A stretch of DNA of 64,000 bases from Squalus acanthias (GCA_030390025.1 CM059432.1:27096001-27160000); one strand, 5' to 3'. Positions 1 through 11,748 are shown, counted from the first letter of the stretch. Made by a program: numbers and translations. The notes: generated by a model not told the origin, from the sequence alone.

Positions 1-217
1 TTTTACGCCAGGAAAATGGGCACAATGCATACCAATTTCTTTCCCATTGTCTATTAATTAATAACAATATCCTTCCTTCCTTCTCTATCTCTCCTGAAAG
101 ATCCTGTTTGGCATATTACTTAGCTGTTCAATTTTAAGGAGATGGAGTATCTATTACAGTTCTTTTGCTCAGCTGTAGGTACTCCCGGGTCAATGCAAGA
201 CGTGCTGTTATCTTGGG

Positions 218-1290
218 ACAATTTAGAAATTGCACTTCCGATTTCCGAGTCCAAATCGTTAATGTTAATTGTGAACAACAGTGGTCCCAGCACTGATTCC
301 TGTGGAACACCACTTCACACCTTTTGCCAGTCTGAGTAGCTACCCTTAATCTGTGTTTTCTGTTTTGAAGCCAGCTTGCTATCCATTCTGCTACCTGTCC
401 CCTGACTCCACATCCTTAGACCTTAGGCATGAGTCTACTATGCAGTACTTTATTGAAGGCCTTTAGAAAATCCAAATATATTACATCTACTGCATTACCC
501 TTGTCTATTCTTTGTTACTTCTTCAAAGAATTCAATAACTTTGGTCAAGTTCGACCTTCCCTTTGAAATCCGTGCTGACTATTCTTTATTATATTTTTGG
601 TTTCTAGATATTTTTCTATTACATCTTTGAGTAAAGCTTCCATTATCTTTCATACCACCGATGTTAAGTTAAATGGTCTATAGTTCCTTGGACTTGTTCT
701 ATTTACCTTTTTAAATATAGGAATAACATTAGCTGTCCTTTGGTCTTTTGGCCCTGTTCCATTTTCTAATGAATTGTTATATGTAATAGTACCTCTGCTA
801 TTCTCTTCCCTAACTTTTTTTTAATATGCACAGATGCAATCATTCTGGACCAGGGATTTTATCCTCTCCAAGTTTGATTGGTTTATTAGTTATATCTCCC
901 CTTTCTATCTTGAATGTCGTCATATCTTTTTTGATTGCTCCTTCTAATGTCATGCCCACCTTGTTAGTCTCTCTGATAAATACTGAGGCAAAGTAACTTC
1001 AACATTTCTGCCATTTCACTCTCATTACCTGTGAATTCAGCTTGTGCATCCCTTAGTGGTCCTATCCAAAGTTCCCGTTAAGCTGTCTGGAGGTCCCGCG
1101 CAGGTCGCTCGCCGGCTTTTAAATTGGAATAAACCCGCCTGAGCAATAACTTGAATGGGCCGTTAAAGGGGTCGCGCACCCAAAAGCAATTAGTGGGAAC
1201 ACTGTTCCTATCCTTATCCTGATTTTTCTTTTATTTGTGTCTGTAGAATACTTTACTATTTCTTTTTAAGTTCCTTGATGATTTAATTTA
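218..1290 (-). mobile_element. Degraded CR1 LINE ORF2 (reverse transcriptase) fragment
   Basis: The minus strand reads [30 protein letters not shown] near 220-310 and V(D)VIYLDF near 460-495, typical CR1 RT motifs. Many stops. Interrupted by a MITE at 1067-1204. Confidence 0.85.
1067..1204. mobile_element. 138-bp hAT-type MITE
   Basis: Imperfect TIRs CAAAGTTCCCGTTAA / TTAGTGGGAACACTG. 8-bp TSD GTCCTATC (1059-1066) / TTCCTATC (1205-1212). An 8-bp TSD with CAG-type ends is typical of hAT. Confidence 0.75.
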
Positions 1291-2885
1291 ATGGACGCGA
1301 CTGCTGACAACAAAAAGCCGTTGCGCATGCGCAGTGGTTTTTTTTGGTTGTTGCCGGACTTCCCACAGATTGATCAGAGAGGATGGGGTAAAGAGATCAC
1401 TGCTGCCAAACTGAAGAAAATAAAAATGAGAAGTTTGATCGCTGCTGCCAAACTGAGAAGAAAATAAAAATTAAAAGTTGAAATAATATTTATGCGCTGC
1501 CGAACTGAGCCGAGAGAGAAAGGAGGGGAGGGGAGGGGGTGGGGAAAAGTGATCGCTGCTGCCGATCTGAGGCAAGAGAGAAAGTTAACATTTATGCATT
1601 GCTGAAAATAAAAATTAAAAGCTTAATTGGTTAACGTTAACATTTATGTGCAGAATGCTTCCGGTTCGTTGGCAGCAGTCACTCTCATTTAATATGCTTA
1701 ATCCCATATCCTATAGTAATCAGAGCTAAACTCTGTAGGGAGGATGTATTTAAATCATCCACGTTAAAGTTTTGAATTGTCTTTAAAAACATACTGTATA
1801 GCAGCATTAAAAACCCCTGCACAACACTGTTCACAATCCTGCCTTAAAGGCAAGAATTACATAAATTAAATTGTAATTACAGAAAGAGTGCATTAGCAAA
1901 AGTCTTTAGCTCTTACCTATTCAGAAATGCACAATATTCATGATTAAAGCTGAGCCAGTAAATCCTTAAGGTGATAAACAAACTTGTCATTGACTAGGCT
2001 CAAAATATTGCTAAGAAACTCTGTTAATTTCTCAAAATTGCTAAAAGACAGATGCACAACCACCACCTGCAGCTCCAGTTGCTATAGCAGAGGCTCCTCT
2101 TCGAAATAAACTAAGTTTCTACCATCAGCATGGTATCCATTATTCTTAACACAAATCTAGTCTCAAATTCAGCACTAGCAAAAAGCAGAGACCAAATGAG
2201 AAATTAATTACTCAATTAAAACTGAAAAGAAACCCGAGATGGAACCAGTTACGCTATGCGACTAAACCCTTTTTACTGTAGTGAATGAACAGAAATCATC
2301 AGAATTATGACGAGCTAAAATCTCTGTGTTCCTTCTACCTTTTCTGTGGGGTGAGGGGAGGAAGAGAAGCAGCCATTATCATTCCCCACCTTGTATTACT
2401 CTCCATAACTGTTGACATGAATCTTGTCATTCATGTATGAAGTAATACTGGGCGGCCTGCTGGTGGCGCTGTCCAGGGAGAGTATAAATACTCGGGCATG
2501 GGCCCAGCTTGCTTAGGACATTCCTCAACAGGAACTAGTGAAGGACAACTAGATTTCCATGTTGAAAAACAGTTGATTAAAGCTTTGTTTAACACTTAGA
2601 CCAAGTGCCTAGTAGTTTTCTTACGTCAACTGTCTTGTCACTCTTTTTCACTCCGATTCCTTCCATCTCTCCGTCTCCTTCTTTGCCCCCTACCCCATTT
2701 ACCACTGCATGGTAATGAGCTGAAAAAATAATGAGGAATTAAAATAGATACTGGCAAGAACGGTGCACGTGTTTTATTTTTGTACTGATGACATCCAGTC
2801 AGCAGCACCAAGATTTTCTGCTCTGCCTGAAAATGAAAAAGTATTCCAACTGGCTGAACCCTAGTTCACAGTGGGATGAGGATAC

Positions 2886-3506
2886 ATGTTCAAACGCAGA
2901 TTGGGTGACTGCTTTGCGGAACACCTCCATTCAGTCCGTAAGCGTGACCCCGAGCTTCTGGTCGCCTGTCACTTTAATTCTCCGCTCCACTCCCACTCTG
3001 ATCTCTCTGTCCTTGGCCTCTTACACTGTTCCAACGAAGCTCAACGTAAGCTCGAGGAACAGCACCTCATCTTTCGATGAGGCACTTTACAGCCTTCTGG
3101 ACTCAACATAGAGTTCAACAATTTCAGACTCTAACCTCGGCCCCTATATTTTTTTGCTCTTTTTCTTTTTTCTCTCACATGGCAGCTGTTGCTGATTCTG
3201 CCATTTACACCTCATCTAGAGTCATCTTTTGTTTCTTAACTTGTCCCACTACCATCTCCTTTTGCCTTGCACCATCATCCCTTTTGTCTTTTAATTTTTC
3301 CTGCCTTCCATCCTATCACAGACCTCCCCTTTGTTCTTTCCTCCCCTCCTCCCTTTCTCTGCCCCACACTTGCTTAAAAATCTGCTACTGCTCTAACCTT
3401 TTCCAGTTCTGACGAAGGGTCATCGACCTGAAACGTTAACTCTGTTTCTCTCTCCACGATGCTGCCTGACCTGCTGAGTGTTTCCAGCATTTTCTGTTGT
3501 TATTTG
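2886..3506 (+). mobile_element. 3' fragment of a Penelope-like element: GIY-YIG endonuclease C-terminus plus pseudo-LTR with hammerhead motif
   Basis: Translation KRRLGDCFAEHLHSV...VACHFNSPLHSHSDLSVLGL...RKLEEQHLIFR*GTLQPSGLNIEF matches the Penelope GIY-YIG tail. It is followed by the repeat unit CTGACGAAGGGTCATCGACCTGAAACGTT...CCAGCATTTTCTG. Confidence 0.85.
3405..3441 (+). ncRNA. Minimal type I hammerhead ribozyme motif (Penelope-associated)
   Basis: AGTT-CTGACGA-A-GGGTC-ATC-GACCT-GAAA-CG-TT-AACT: CUGANGA and GAAA core, stem II GGGTC/GACCT, stem I AGTT/AACT, palindromic ACGT in place of stem III, GUU triplet. Confidence 0.7.
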
Positions 3507-4489
3507 AGGACACATGTTGATTGAATACAATCTAGGTGATATGATTACAAAAATCAGAGATGAATAGAGAGCTGTATTAACTGTAGTCTGTAACATTATA
3601 TAATTTACAAGTTGTAAAAATATTTTAATTGAGATGCAACTTATGCATGGATTTTCCAGTAATAGATTGCCTTAATTATAAACATAAGACAGTTTCCTCA
3701 CTAATGGAACTAACTATGATGTGACAAGTAATAATCAGGAACCATAAAATCATGTACAATAGTTCAATTTCCTGTACAGCAGTTACATACAGTAACAGTG
3801 AACAAAATATAAAATTACAAAATGTTGTGTGTGTGTATGTGTGTGTATATATAATATATATATATAGTCGTGTCATAATAAACAAGTCCTAGTCTCCCTT
3901 GTCTCATCCTTTGGATTTTCCCTTCTAAAAATGGCAATAAGGGAGGACAATGAGTGATAAAGGAATGTGACATTCCATCAAACTCAAAATTCAGTTTACA
4001 GACAAAATCAGTCGAAATTTGAAATTAACCCATAAAGCTTTATCTCTGAGATTCCAGCTAACACTGGCAATGTATAAAATGGATAATGTATACAATGTAC
4101 TATGCTAGAAATGTTGAAGCTAGTAAGGGCGACCATCAGCAGATAGGATAGGAGCGGCGACAGTATAAAGGGGATCATGTGTGGAGCTGGATTTGTCCAA
4201 TAGGTATACCTGTTTAGGTACCAGTGATGTAGACAAAAATGAACTCACAAAGGAGAGCAACCATGAGCAACTACAAGGGGAAAACAGTACCGTTAGTAAG
4301 AATAGGGGAGGAATTTAGTGGATACACTGGGAAAGTATTGCAAATGATTTTTCCCATGTGTGGTAGTAATGCGATTTTTAAAAAAAACACCATTAAAGGC
4401 TGGTTGTGAAATTTGTACAGTTATAATGCTGCCTGCCCCAAATCAACTAATTACTAAAAACCCAATCAGCATCATTGCATATTAAAATT

Positions 4490-4704
4490 AAAGTGAGAAG
4501 TCGCACAACACCAGGTTATAGTCCAACAGCTTTATTTGAAATCACAAGCTTTTGGAGCGCTGCTCCTTCGTCAGGTCACCTGACGAAGGAGCAGCGCTCC
4601 GAAAGCTTGTGATTTCAAATAAAACTGTTGGACTATAACCTGGTGTTGTGCGACTTCTCACTTTTGTCCACCCCAGTCCAACACCGGCATCTCCACATCA
4701 TGGC
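4490..4704. mobile_element. Palindromic Penelope-derived insertion (second family) with hammerhead motif
   Basis: 87-bp inverted arms (4490-4576 / 4578-4664, 2 mismatches) plus a 40-bp tail. Flanked by the direct repeat TATTAAAATTAAAG (4480-4493 / 4705-4718). Confidence 0.8.
4576..4612 (+). ncRNA. Minimal hammerhead ribozyme motif
   Basis: TCAC-CTGACGA-A-GGAGC-AGC-GCTCC-GAAA-GC-TT-GTGA: intact core, stem II GGAGC/GCTCC, stem I TCAC/GTGA, palindromic AGCT. Confidence 0.7.
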
Positions 4705-4944
4705 TATTAAAATTAAAGCATTGTATTTTTACAACTACAAGCCATGTCAAGTTATTGCATTTCAAAGTAGCTGATATCATGTGGACATTTTCTGAATAAA
4801 ATTGAAAAATCCTGAAAAATTAATTAAAATGGGTCTAACATACCCTCAAGGTGACAAAAATGTGTCTTGTGTTTGTTGATGAATACACACACCACCTCCT
4901 GAAAGTGGAAATGTGACAGCTCAAGAGCTGGCCTCATGGGCAAC

Positions 4945-5215
4945 TACATCGAGTTGCATTTATATTGCACCTTTAACGTAGAAAAATGTCCCAAGGTGTA
5001 TCACAGAGGCAGAATCAGACAAAAATGGACGTCGAGCCAAAGAAGCAGATGTTAAAGTCTTAAGAGGAGAGGGAGATGGAGAGGTGGAGGGCTTTAGAAA
5101 GAGAATTCCAGGGGTTGGGACCTAAACGGCTGAAGGCACAACTGTCAATAGTGAGGTGAAGTGGGGTTGTACAAGAGGCCAGAGAGAGGAATGTAGAGTT
5201 CCGGGGGATAGAGGG
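4945..5215 (-). mobile_element. L2 LINE 3' end fragment
   Basis: The reverse complement carries the tail CCTTGGGACATTTTTCTACGTTAAAGGTGCAATATAAATGC, matching the L2 tails at 21292 and 50315. Confidence 0.7.
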
Positions 5216-5299
5216 AGGCATGAACACAACAGTCACTCCTCTTATCCTTATTTACAGAGCTACATTAAAAAGTGTTACTTAATATTCTAAAGCATTGCA

Positions 5300-5448
5300 G
5301 CCAAGCCCCCTCCACTGAGTTGCAGTGAATGGTGAGACCTAACGGTTCTTCTAGCAGTGGTGATGAGTGTGAAAGGAATGGCTTGGTCATTGCAGGGATG
5401 CTTTATAGTGTTGGTGTGGGGTGGTGTCAACCTGGCGCATCATGTGGA
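5300..5448. mobile_element. Dispersed repeat fragment, probably Harbinger-derived
   Basis: Inverted homology to 61395-61540 (GGGGTGGTGTCAACCTGGCGCATCATGTGG), which lies beside a Harbinger Myb remnant. Confidence 0.55.
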
Positions 5449-5449
5449 A

Positions 5450-6030
5450 CAGGAACAGAGAGAGAATCACAATTACACAGGAACAGAGGGAGCCACAGAT
5501 ATACACAGGGACAGAGAGAGAGACAACCACAGATACACAGGGACAGAGAGAGAAAGAGAGAGTGAGAGGACTACAATTACACAGGGACAGAGAGAGGGAG
5601 AGAACCAGAATTACACAGGGACAGAGAGAGGGAGAACACCACATTTACAGGGACACAGAGAGAAAGAACCACAGGGACAGTGAACGAGAGAGCCACAATT
5701 ACACAGGGACAGAGAAAGAGAGAGAACCACAATTATACACTGGAATAAAAAGGGAGGGAGCCACATACACAAACGGATAGAGAGAGTAAGAGAATCACAG
5801 TTACACACAGGGACAAAGAGCAAGACCACAGGAACAGAGTCACAGTGGAAGGTGACCACAGATTCACACACAGAGAGAGGATACACACAGAGATAGAGCC
5901 ATAGATACACGCACATAGAGCGAGAGAAAAACAACCATTAATGTAGTGGCACAAAGAACTATAGATCCACACACACGGAAAAAGAGGGAAATCACAAAAG
6001 GGAGGGAGAGAACCATAGATATGTATAAGA
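5450..6030. repeat. Degenerate ~32-bp minisatellite (ACAATTACACAGGGACAGAGAGAGGGAGAACC)
   Basis: Tandem copies are directly visible and explain the overlapping low-complexity ORFs. Confidence 0.85.
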
Positions 6031-6067
6031 GCTTAGGGATCTAGGAGCAGAGAGTTAGCTATCGATA

Positions 6068-6220
6068 TTATAGAATGATACAGCACAGAAGGAGGCCATT
6101 TGGTCCATCATGCCTATGCTGGCTCCTTGAGTTATCCAATTAGTCCCATTCCCTTGCCCTTTCCCCATAGCCCTGCAAAATTTTCTCCTTCAAGTATTTA
6201 TCCAATTCCCTTTTGAAAGT
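6068..6220 (-). mobile_element. CR1 3' tail fragment
   Basis: ATAGAATGATACAGCACAGAAGGAGGCCATTTGG matches the CR1 tail at 36853-36960. Confidence 0.7.
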
Positions 6221-6639
6221 ACAAATGAACAGAGAGTGGGAACTGCAGATTCACACAGGACAGAAAGAGAAAGAGCTACATACGCTCAGACAAAGAGTAA
6301 GAGAACAAGATCACAAATATACACGAGAACAGAGAGGGAATGATTAATACACATAAGAGAGAGAGCCACATATGGATGCTGACCTCATGCCTACAGGTGA
6401 TGTCATGAATTGGGAGCATCTAGATGAGAAACAAAAGGAATCCTTCGGGAACTTTGAAGGTGACTAGACTAGGCTGGGAGGAGAAGCTCTTGCTGACTCT
6501 GTTAGGACAGGTAGGAGTAGAAGCACGCAAAAGCAGTCCCACAGAGCTGGCCCACATGGGAGACAATGGAGGAGGATGGCGTGATAGTCTGTGTTGAATG
6601 TTATAGAGAGGATGAGCAGAACAAGAAGATGTTGAATTT

Positions 6640-6930
6640 GTACAAAGACATGGATTAGGCCACAGTTGGAATATTGCAAGCAGTCTGGGTACCCTAATAT
6701 AGGAAGGACATTAGCGCCTTTAAAAGGGTACAATGAAGATTTACTAAAATGGTACAAAGAATGAGAAGTTATAGATATGAATGAAGGCTCAAAAAATGGG
6801 TCTTTTTTTACTCATTGTGATGGTTAAGGAGGATCTAATAGAGGTTTTCAAGATTATAAAAAGTTTTGAGAGGGTAAATAGTGAAAGATTATTTCTGTTG
6901 GTTGGTGAATTATTATCAGAACATGGAATG
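6640..6930 (+). mobile_element. Old CR1 ORF2 C-terminal fragment
   Basis: IRPQLEYCKQSG and DLIEVFKIIK-type motifs, heavily decayed. Confidence 0.65.
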
Positions 6931-7254
6931 CTTTATCACAATTGGTTATTGAGGTAGAGATATGACCTCATTTAAAAAGGAATTTGAGAGAACTGGCTGA
7001 GTCCAGTTGAAGTGATAGCACTGGCACAGGTGCCTGAGTGACCTCTTATTCTGTAAATTTGTGACTTTGTGATGAAGAGATAGTATGTTGCAGTCACAGA
7101 GAATATTGATGACTTTGAGAAGTGTTTGTGCTGTGCCTTGGGTGGTTGTGCCCAGGTTGGAAACTGGTTGGAAGGGATTTGAATTGTGAGTTGTGGGAAA
7201 GATGGACACACAGCTGGAGACAAGAAGATGAAGTAGAGGGAAGGAAGGGGGCAA

Positions 7255-8150
7255 GTGGATGTATGGATATTAAATTGGATCAGTGACAGGAAGCAAAGGG
7301 TGGTGGTGGATGGATGTTTTTTAGACTGGGAGGTGGCTTGCAGTGCTGTTCCCCAAGGGTCAGTTTTGGGTCCATTACTTTTTGAAAATTTTATAAATGA
7401 CCTAGATTTGGGTGTAGGGAGCAGCATTATAAAGTTTGCAGATACGAAACTTGGCAAAGTTTGGATAGTGATGAGGATAGTTATAGACTTCAGGATGACA
7501 GTCAGGATGGTGAAATGGGCATAAGCATGGTAGATGGAGTTCAATGCGGAGAAGTGTGAAGTGATGCACTTTAGAAGGACTAATATGGAACGACAGTATA
7601 CTGTAAATGGCACAATTTTGAAGTGTAGATGAACAGAGAGATCTTGGTGTCTATATACACAAATCCTTAAAGGTGGCAGGGCAAGTTGATAAGCTGGTTA
7701 AAAAAGCATATGGGTTACTTGGGTTTATAAATAGACGGATAGAATATAAAAGCAAAAAGATCCTGCTAGAACTTTATAAATCACTGGTTAGGCCTCCGCT
7801 GGGGTATTGTGGACAATTCTGGGAAAGATGTAAAGGCCTTAGAAAGGGTGCAGAGGAGGTTTACCAGGATGGTACCAGGGATGTGGGACTTCAGTTATGA
7901 GGAGAGTTTGGAAAAGTTAGGACTGTTCTCCTTGGAACAGAGAACGGTAAGAGGTGACCTAATGGATGCTTTCAAGGTGATGAGAGGTTTTGATAGAGTA
8001 GATACATAAAAACTATTCCTTCTGGCGAGTGGATCAATAACCAGAGGTCATAGATTCAAAATCATTGGCAAAAGATCTTGAGGGGAAATTAGAATTTTTT
8101 TCACTGAGAGTTGTTTGGATCTGGAAGGTGGCGAAAGCTGATTTCATAAG
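7255..8150 (+). mobile_element. CR1 LINE RT fragment
   Basis: ORFs 7255-7524 ([12 protein letters not shown]...INDLD...KFAD), 7673-7900 and 7809-8009 (ALERVQRRFTRM). Confidence 0.9.
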
Positions 8151-8874
8151 GAGGAACAAGTTAACAATGAACTTTTGAAGAAGTCTTGATGATTGTAGTT
8201 TTGAAATGGAGAAGGATAGTGCCTGAACAAAGGGAGCTATTAAATAGGTGAGTATTGGGAACGGTACTAGACTAGTCAGGTTTTGGGTGTGGAGGGGGTG
8301 TCGTGAAAGAGAGGAGTTTGGAGTGGCTAGGCAAGAGATAGAAGAGAAACTCAGGTTTGCAGGAGACTTGGGCTAGGGTGAGTGAGGGGCTCTGGGGTTG
8401 TCGGGGCCTATGGTGGGGAGAGAAGTGGGAAGTGGCAGCTGAGGCAGCGATGTCTATCTGCAAATTATGAAACTTGAAGCTCGTTGATGACTAATCACCA
8501 CTTCTTGATTTACTTTGTCTTAAGAGCATCGCAAAATCCAGAGTGAGGAAATGCCATTTGGTCCATTCAGAATCCCTCCCACACCAGACGCTGAAATTTG
8601 CTAGATTTACCGTATGATCTTTGGGTGGTATTCCACCAACCTGGAGCGGTAAATGGGGCGGGAATTTGTAGGACTGGGTCGCCACCCATTTTTTCATTTG
8701 CCCAATTTTCTGCGTCATTTCCAGCTATAACTAGAAGTGCACGCCCTAAAATTGGTGGTGTATTTAAATCGGACAGAAGTGACATCACATGTCCCAATTG
8801 CTGACATTATTGCCTCATTAATATAGAGCATCTGTCACTTCCATAAAAAACAAACATCCAGTGTTGGTAGGCGA

Positions 8875-9296
8875 TAATATATTTACAGAGCACCTTTCAT
8901 GTTATTTGAATATCCCAAATTGCTTCACAGCCAATGGATTACATTTGAAGTGTTGTTTTCTGTGAGGCCGTTGTGGCAGTTAATTTACGCACAGCAAGGT
9001 CCTACAAACAGCAATGAGATAATGACCAGTTAATCTTTTTTGTTATTGGTTGAGAGATAAGTGTTAGCCAGGACAGAGCTCCCCAGCCTATCTTTGAATA
9101 GCGCCATGGGATCTATTTTATCCACCTGAACAGGCAAGATGGTTTAACGTCTCACCCAAAAGATGCCACCTACCACAATGCAGCACTCTGTCAGCAGTAC
9201 ATTGAAGTGTCAGCCTAGATTACTTGCTTAAGTCCTGCAGTGGGACTTGAACCACTACCTTTTGAGGAAGGCGTGCTACCACTGAGCTAAACTGGC
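8875..9296 (-). mobile_element. tRNA-derived Deu-domain SINE (SacSINE1-like), old copy
   Basis: Reverse-complement homology to 54927-55369. B box GGTTCAAGTCCC on the minus strand near 9242-9253. L2-like tail. Confidence 0.75.
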
Positions 9297-9539
9297 GCTT
9301 CAGTAGACTTAAAGGGCTCGGCACCTACTATAAAAGAATTCATAGAAATCTTGTTTCTCAGCCAATTTTGATCTTACTTTTGTATTTATACAACTGACAA
9401 CTGCTTACCCTTTGTGCCTTCTGCTGTTGTGCCTCTATTTCAGTCCCTCCAAGAGGCCACAATAGGGTTTCCATTGAGAATGTTTATTTAAGAGTCATAG
9501 ATTGCATAATTGGTCATACTTGCTCCTTTGGTTAATCCC

Positions 9540-10300
9540 ATTACCTATGTCAATGGGAAAGGATTCCACTCTCTTAATGTCCTGCTCATTTATAACAGAG
9601 TATTGACACCAATGTGTCAGCCAGTGATTTACAACAGTCTATTTTAGAGCAAACAAGATCTATATACTCAACAAACAGAGTCTGTTTAAAAAGTCTCTAT
9701 GAATTGCAGAAACAGAACTCATGTCCAAAAGTACAGCAAAGTCTCCCAATAAGCAGGATTATTTCTCCAGCAAAATGCAGTGATACAAATTTTGTGTGTA
9801 AAAATCCATCCCAGTCACTTACAGCACGGCAGTCTCCAGGCGTGATTGACAGTGGAATTACCCAATCCTCTCCATCTGGCCGGGAATAGTGGTGTAACTA
9901 TATGCAGCCTAAAGTTGGAGGTCTTGCTGCAGGAGGTGCGACAAAGGAGGGTGGCCCTATTTTGTTGCTGATGGGGAATCGCCAGTAAAAGCACAGGGGC
10001 GAACTGAACGAAGGAGGTTGCCGATTGAGTTAATGCAGTCACCGGGCTCCCACGTACATCCATTACAAATGAAGAAGTAATGTGCCACCATCAGGGGGAA
10101 GGTGAAGTTAACATTACTCCTCCATTTTCCCCTCATTTTTTTGTGGGCCCCATCAAGCATGGCACAAGCCTAAGTTGAGATCTTTCTTCTCCAGAAGGTA
10201 CATTTCAAGCATTGTGCACAGCCATTGCAGTTGATGTCGGTAACCCACGACTGTTGCACGCAAGGCCCCATCAGCAACGTCTGCTGTTGAAATTTACCCT
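9540..10300 (+). mobile_element. Decayed Harbinger remnants (transposase and Myb/SANT pieces)
   Basis: YVNGKGFHSLNVLL at ~9547 (compare NRNGFHSLNVQL at ~45380). LEVLLQEVRQRRVALF at ~9914 resembles the Myb exon. Terminal-like GAAATTTACCC at ~10290. Confidence 0.6.
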
Positions 10301-10536
10301 TTCCTGCCTAGGCTCACTCGGGAAGAATAGCCACTTGAGTGAAGTACCTGAGTGCTGCTGCTACCCATTGTCTAGAAAGAGCCAACACCTTTTGGAGAGG
10401 AGGGAAAAAAGTTTGGGGAGACAGGGGGGAAGATAGAAGAAATACAGCATTCTGTGGTGAGATATTTCTGAGGTAGCAGACTGAGTAGGCAAATTGCACT
10501 GATCCTTTCCTTTTTTGATTGCTTTCTCACCTTCAG

Positions 10537-10782
10537 GCTGAGGATGAAACAGCAGGCAATCACACAGTGATGATCCAGCAGGCCTTGGAGCAGGCCTCAG
10601 TGGAGCTCGGAGAGGGGCATCATCTGGTCGAGCAAGTCGTAGTCTCCTCTGACGATGTGGAAGGGATTGAGACAGTGACCGTTTACACTCAGGGCGAAGA
10701 GACATCTGAATTTATCGTTTATGTGCAAGAGGCTGTGCAAGCGGAGGAGCAGACAACAGAACAGCAAGTTGAGGAACTGTAA
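10537..10782 (+). CDS. ZFAT: Terminal coding exon of zinc finger protein ZFAT (acidic C-terminal tail)
   Basis: Polypyrimidine tract and acceptor TTTCTCACCTTCAG| precede AEDETAGNHTVMIQQALEQASVELGEGHHLVEQVVVSSDDVEGIETVTVYTQGEETSEFIVYVQEAVQAEEQTTEQQVEEL*. This matches my recollection of the vertebrate ZFAT C-terminus (NHTVMIQ...VSSDDVEGIETVTVYTQG...SEFIVYVQEA). Phase 0, stop TAA. Confidence 0.88.
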   Translation, partial: AEDETAGNHTVMIQQALEQASVELGEGHHLVEQVVVSSDDVEGIETVTVYTQGEETSEFIVYVQEAVQAEEQTTEQQVEEL

Positions 10783-11690
10783 CTGCTCCCACAATTTTTA
10801 ACCAGGACTTCAGCTGGTTGGAACAAGAAGGCGCTAAGGCCCCTGTTTCTGGTTTGCATAAAGTAATGGCAATAGCAGTGCAATCAATGAACTCTGTTCA
10901 ACTCAAACTGGCAGAAAGTAACCAAACAGGAATTTACCAGAAAAAGGAATAGTTGGGGACAGGTATCCTTCTGTTACTTCACTTTTCTAATCTGTAATTA
11001 CCTTTTTGCCAGCCCACACACACTCCCTTCCCGCCCCGTTCCCCCGAGTTAGCTTCCCAGATCTCTTCGAAGTGACCAGGAGCAACAAGATGGCTCAATC
11101 AAGGGACAATGCCATGGATACCAGCCAAGGTAGGCCCACCCCAGGAAATTCCATTTAGGCAGTCAGGGTCATCACATTTTCCCCCAACACCGCCTCATGT
11201 GTGGACAGTTTGAGGGGGAGAAGAGAAAACTCAGAATGGAGAAACTCAGGAAGCCCAAAGCCACGGACACCTGACAGTTGAGTTTGATTTCTCTTCCTGA
11301 TTTTTTTTTTTCAACAACCGTTTCAACCTGGCATCTTTGTGAAGTACAAATCTATCTGAACTCCAGGTTAAAACAAAAATTTGTATGGAGGGTGAGAACA
11401 TTTTTAATTTATTTGATGTTGGTAGTGAATCGGAGTTATTTTGAGATCTTCATATATCCTGAAAACCGGTCAAAGTAGGATCATCAGCAGATCACGTGGG
11501 AGAGAGTTAAACTGGTATACATTCTGTGCCGTAGGCTGTGAATGAAGTAGCAGCGTGACAGACACATTGACTAAAGAATCAAAGCAACACTTTTTATTGT
11601 AATAACTTCTATTTATGAATTTTATGGAGAAGGTAACAGTACAAATGCAGAAACGTATAACAATGCATGGATAAAAAGTGAAAACTTGCA
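10783..11690 (+). other. Probable ZFAT 3' UTR (end not defined)
   Basis: About 0.9 kb of repeat-free sequence right after the stop codon, with AU-rich tracts. Confidence 0.5.
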
Positions 11691-11748
11691 AATGCTGGAA
11701 TTCTGAAATAAAAACAGAAAATGCTGGAAACACAGAGCAGATCTGTCA
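11690..11748 (-). mobile_element. Short Penelope-derived repeat fragment
   Basis: ATGCTGGAATTCTGAAATAAAAACAGAAAATGCTGGAAACAC, the same unit as 39900-39950 and 62692-62730. Confidence 0.7.

Noticed and set aside
5329..5972. Overlapping ORFs rich in T/G/E/R
   Set aside because: Translation of the 32-bp minisatellite.
10519..10536. ORF-track start upstream of the ZFAT exon
   Set aside because: The TTG start lies in the polypyrimidine tract; the likely boundary is the AG acceptor at 10535-10536.
1..10536. Upstream ZFAT exons
   Set aside because: I saw no zinc-finger or other ZFAT-like peptide, though a short exon could be missed by eye.
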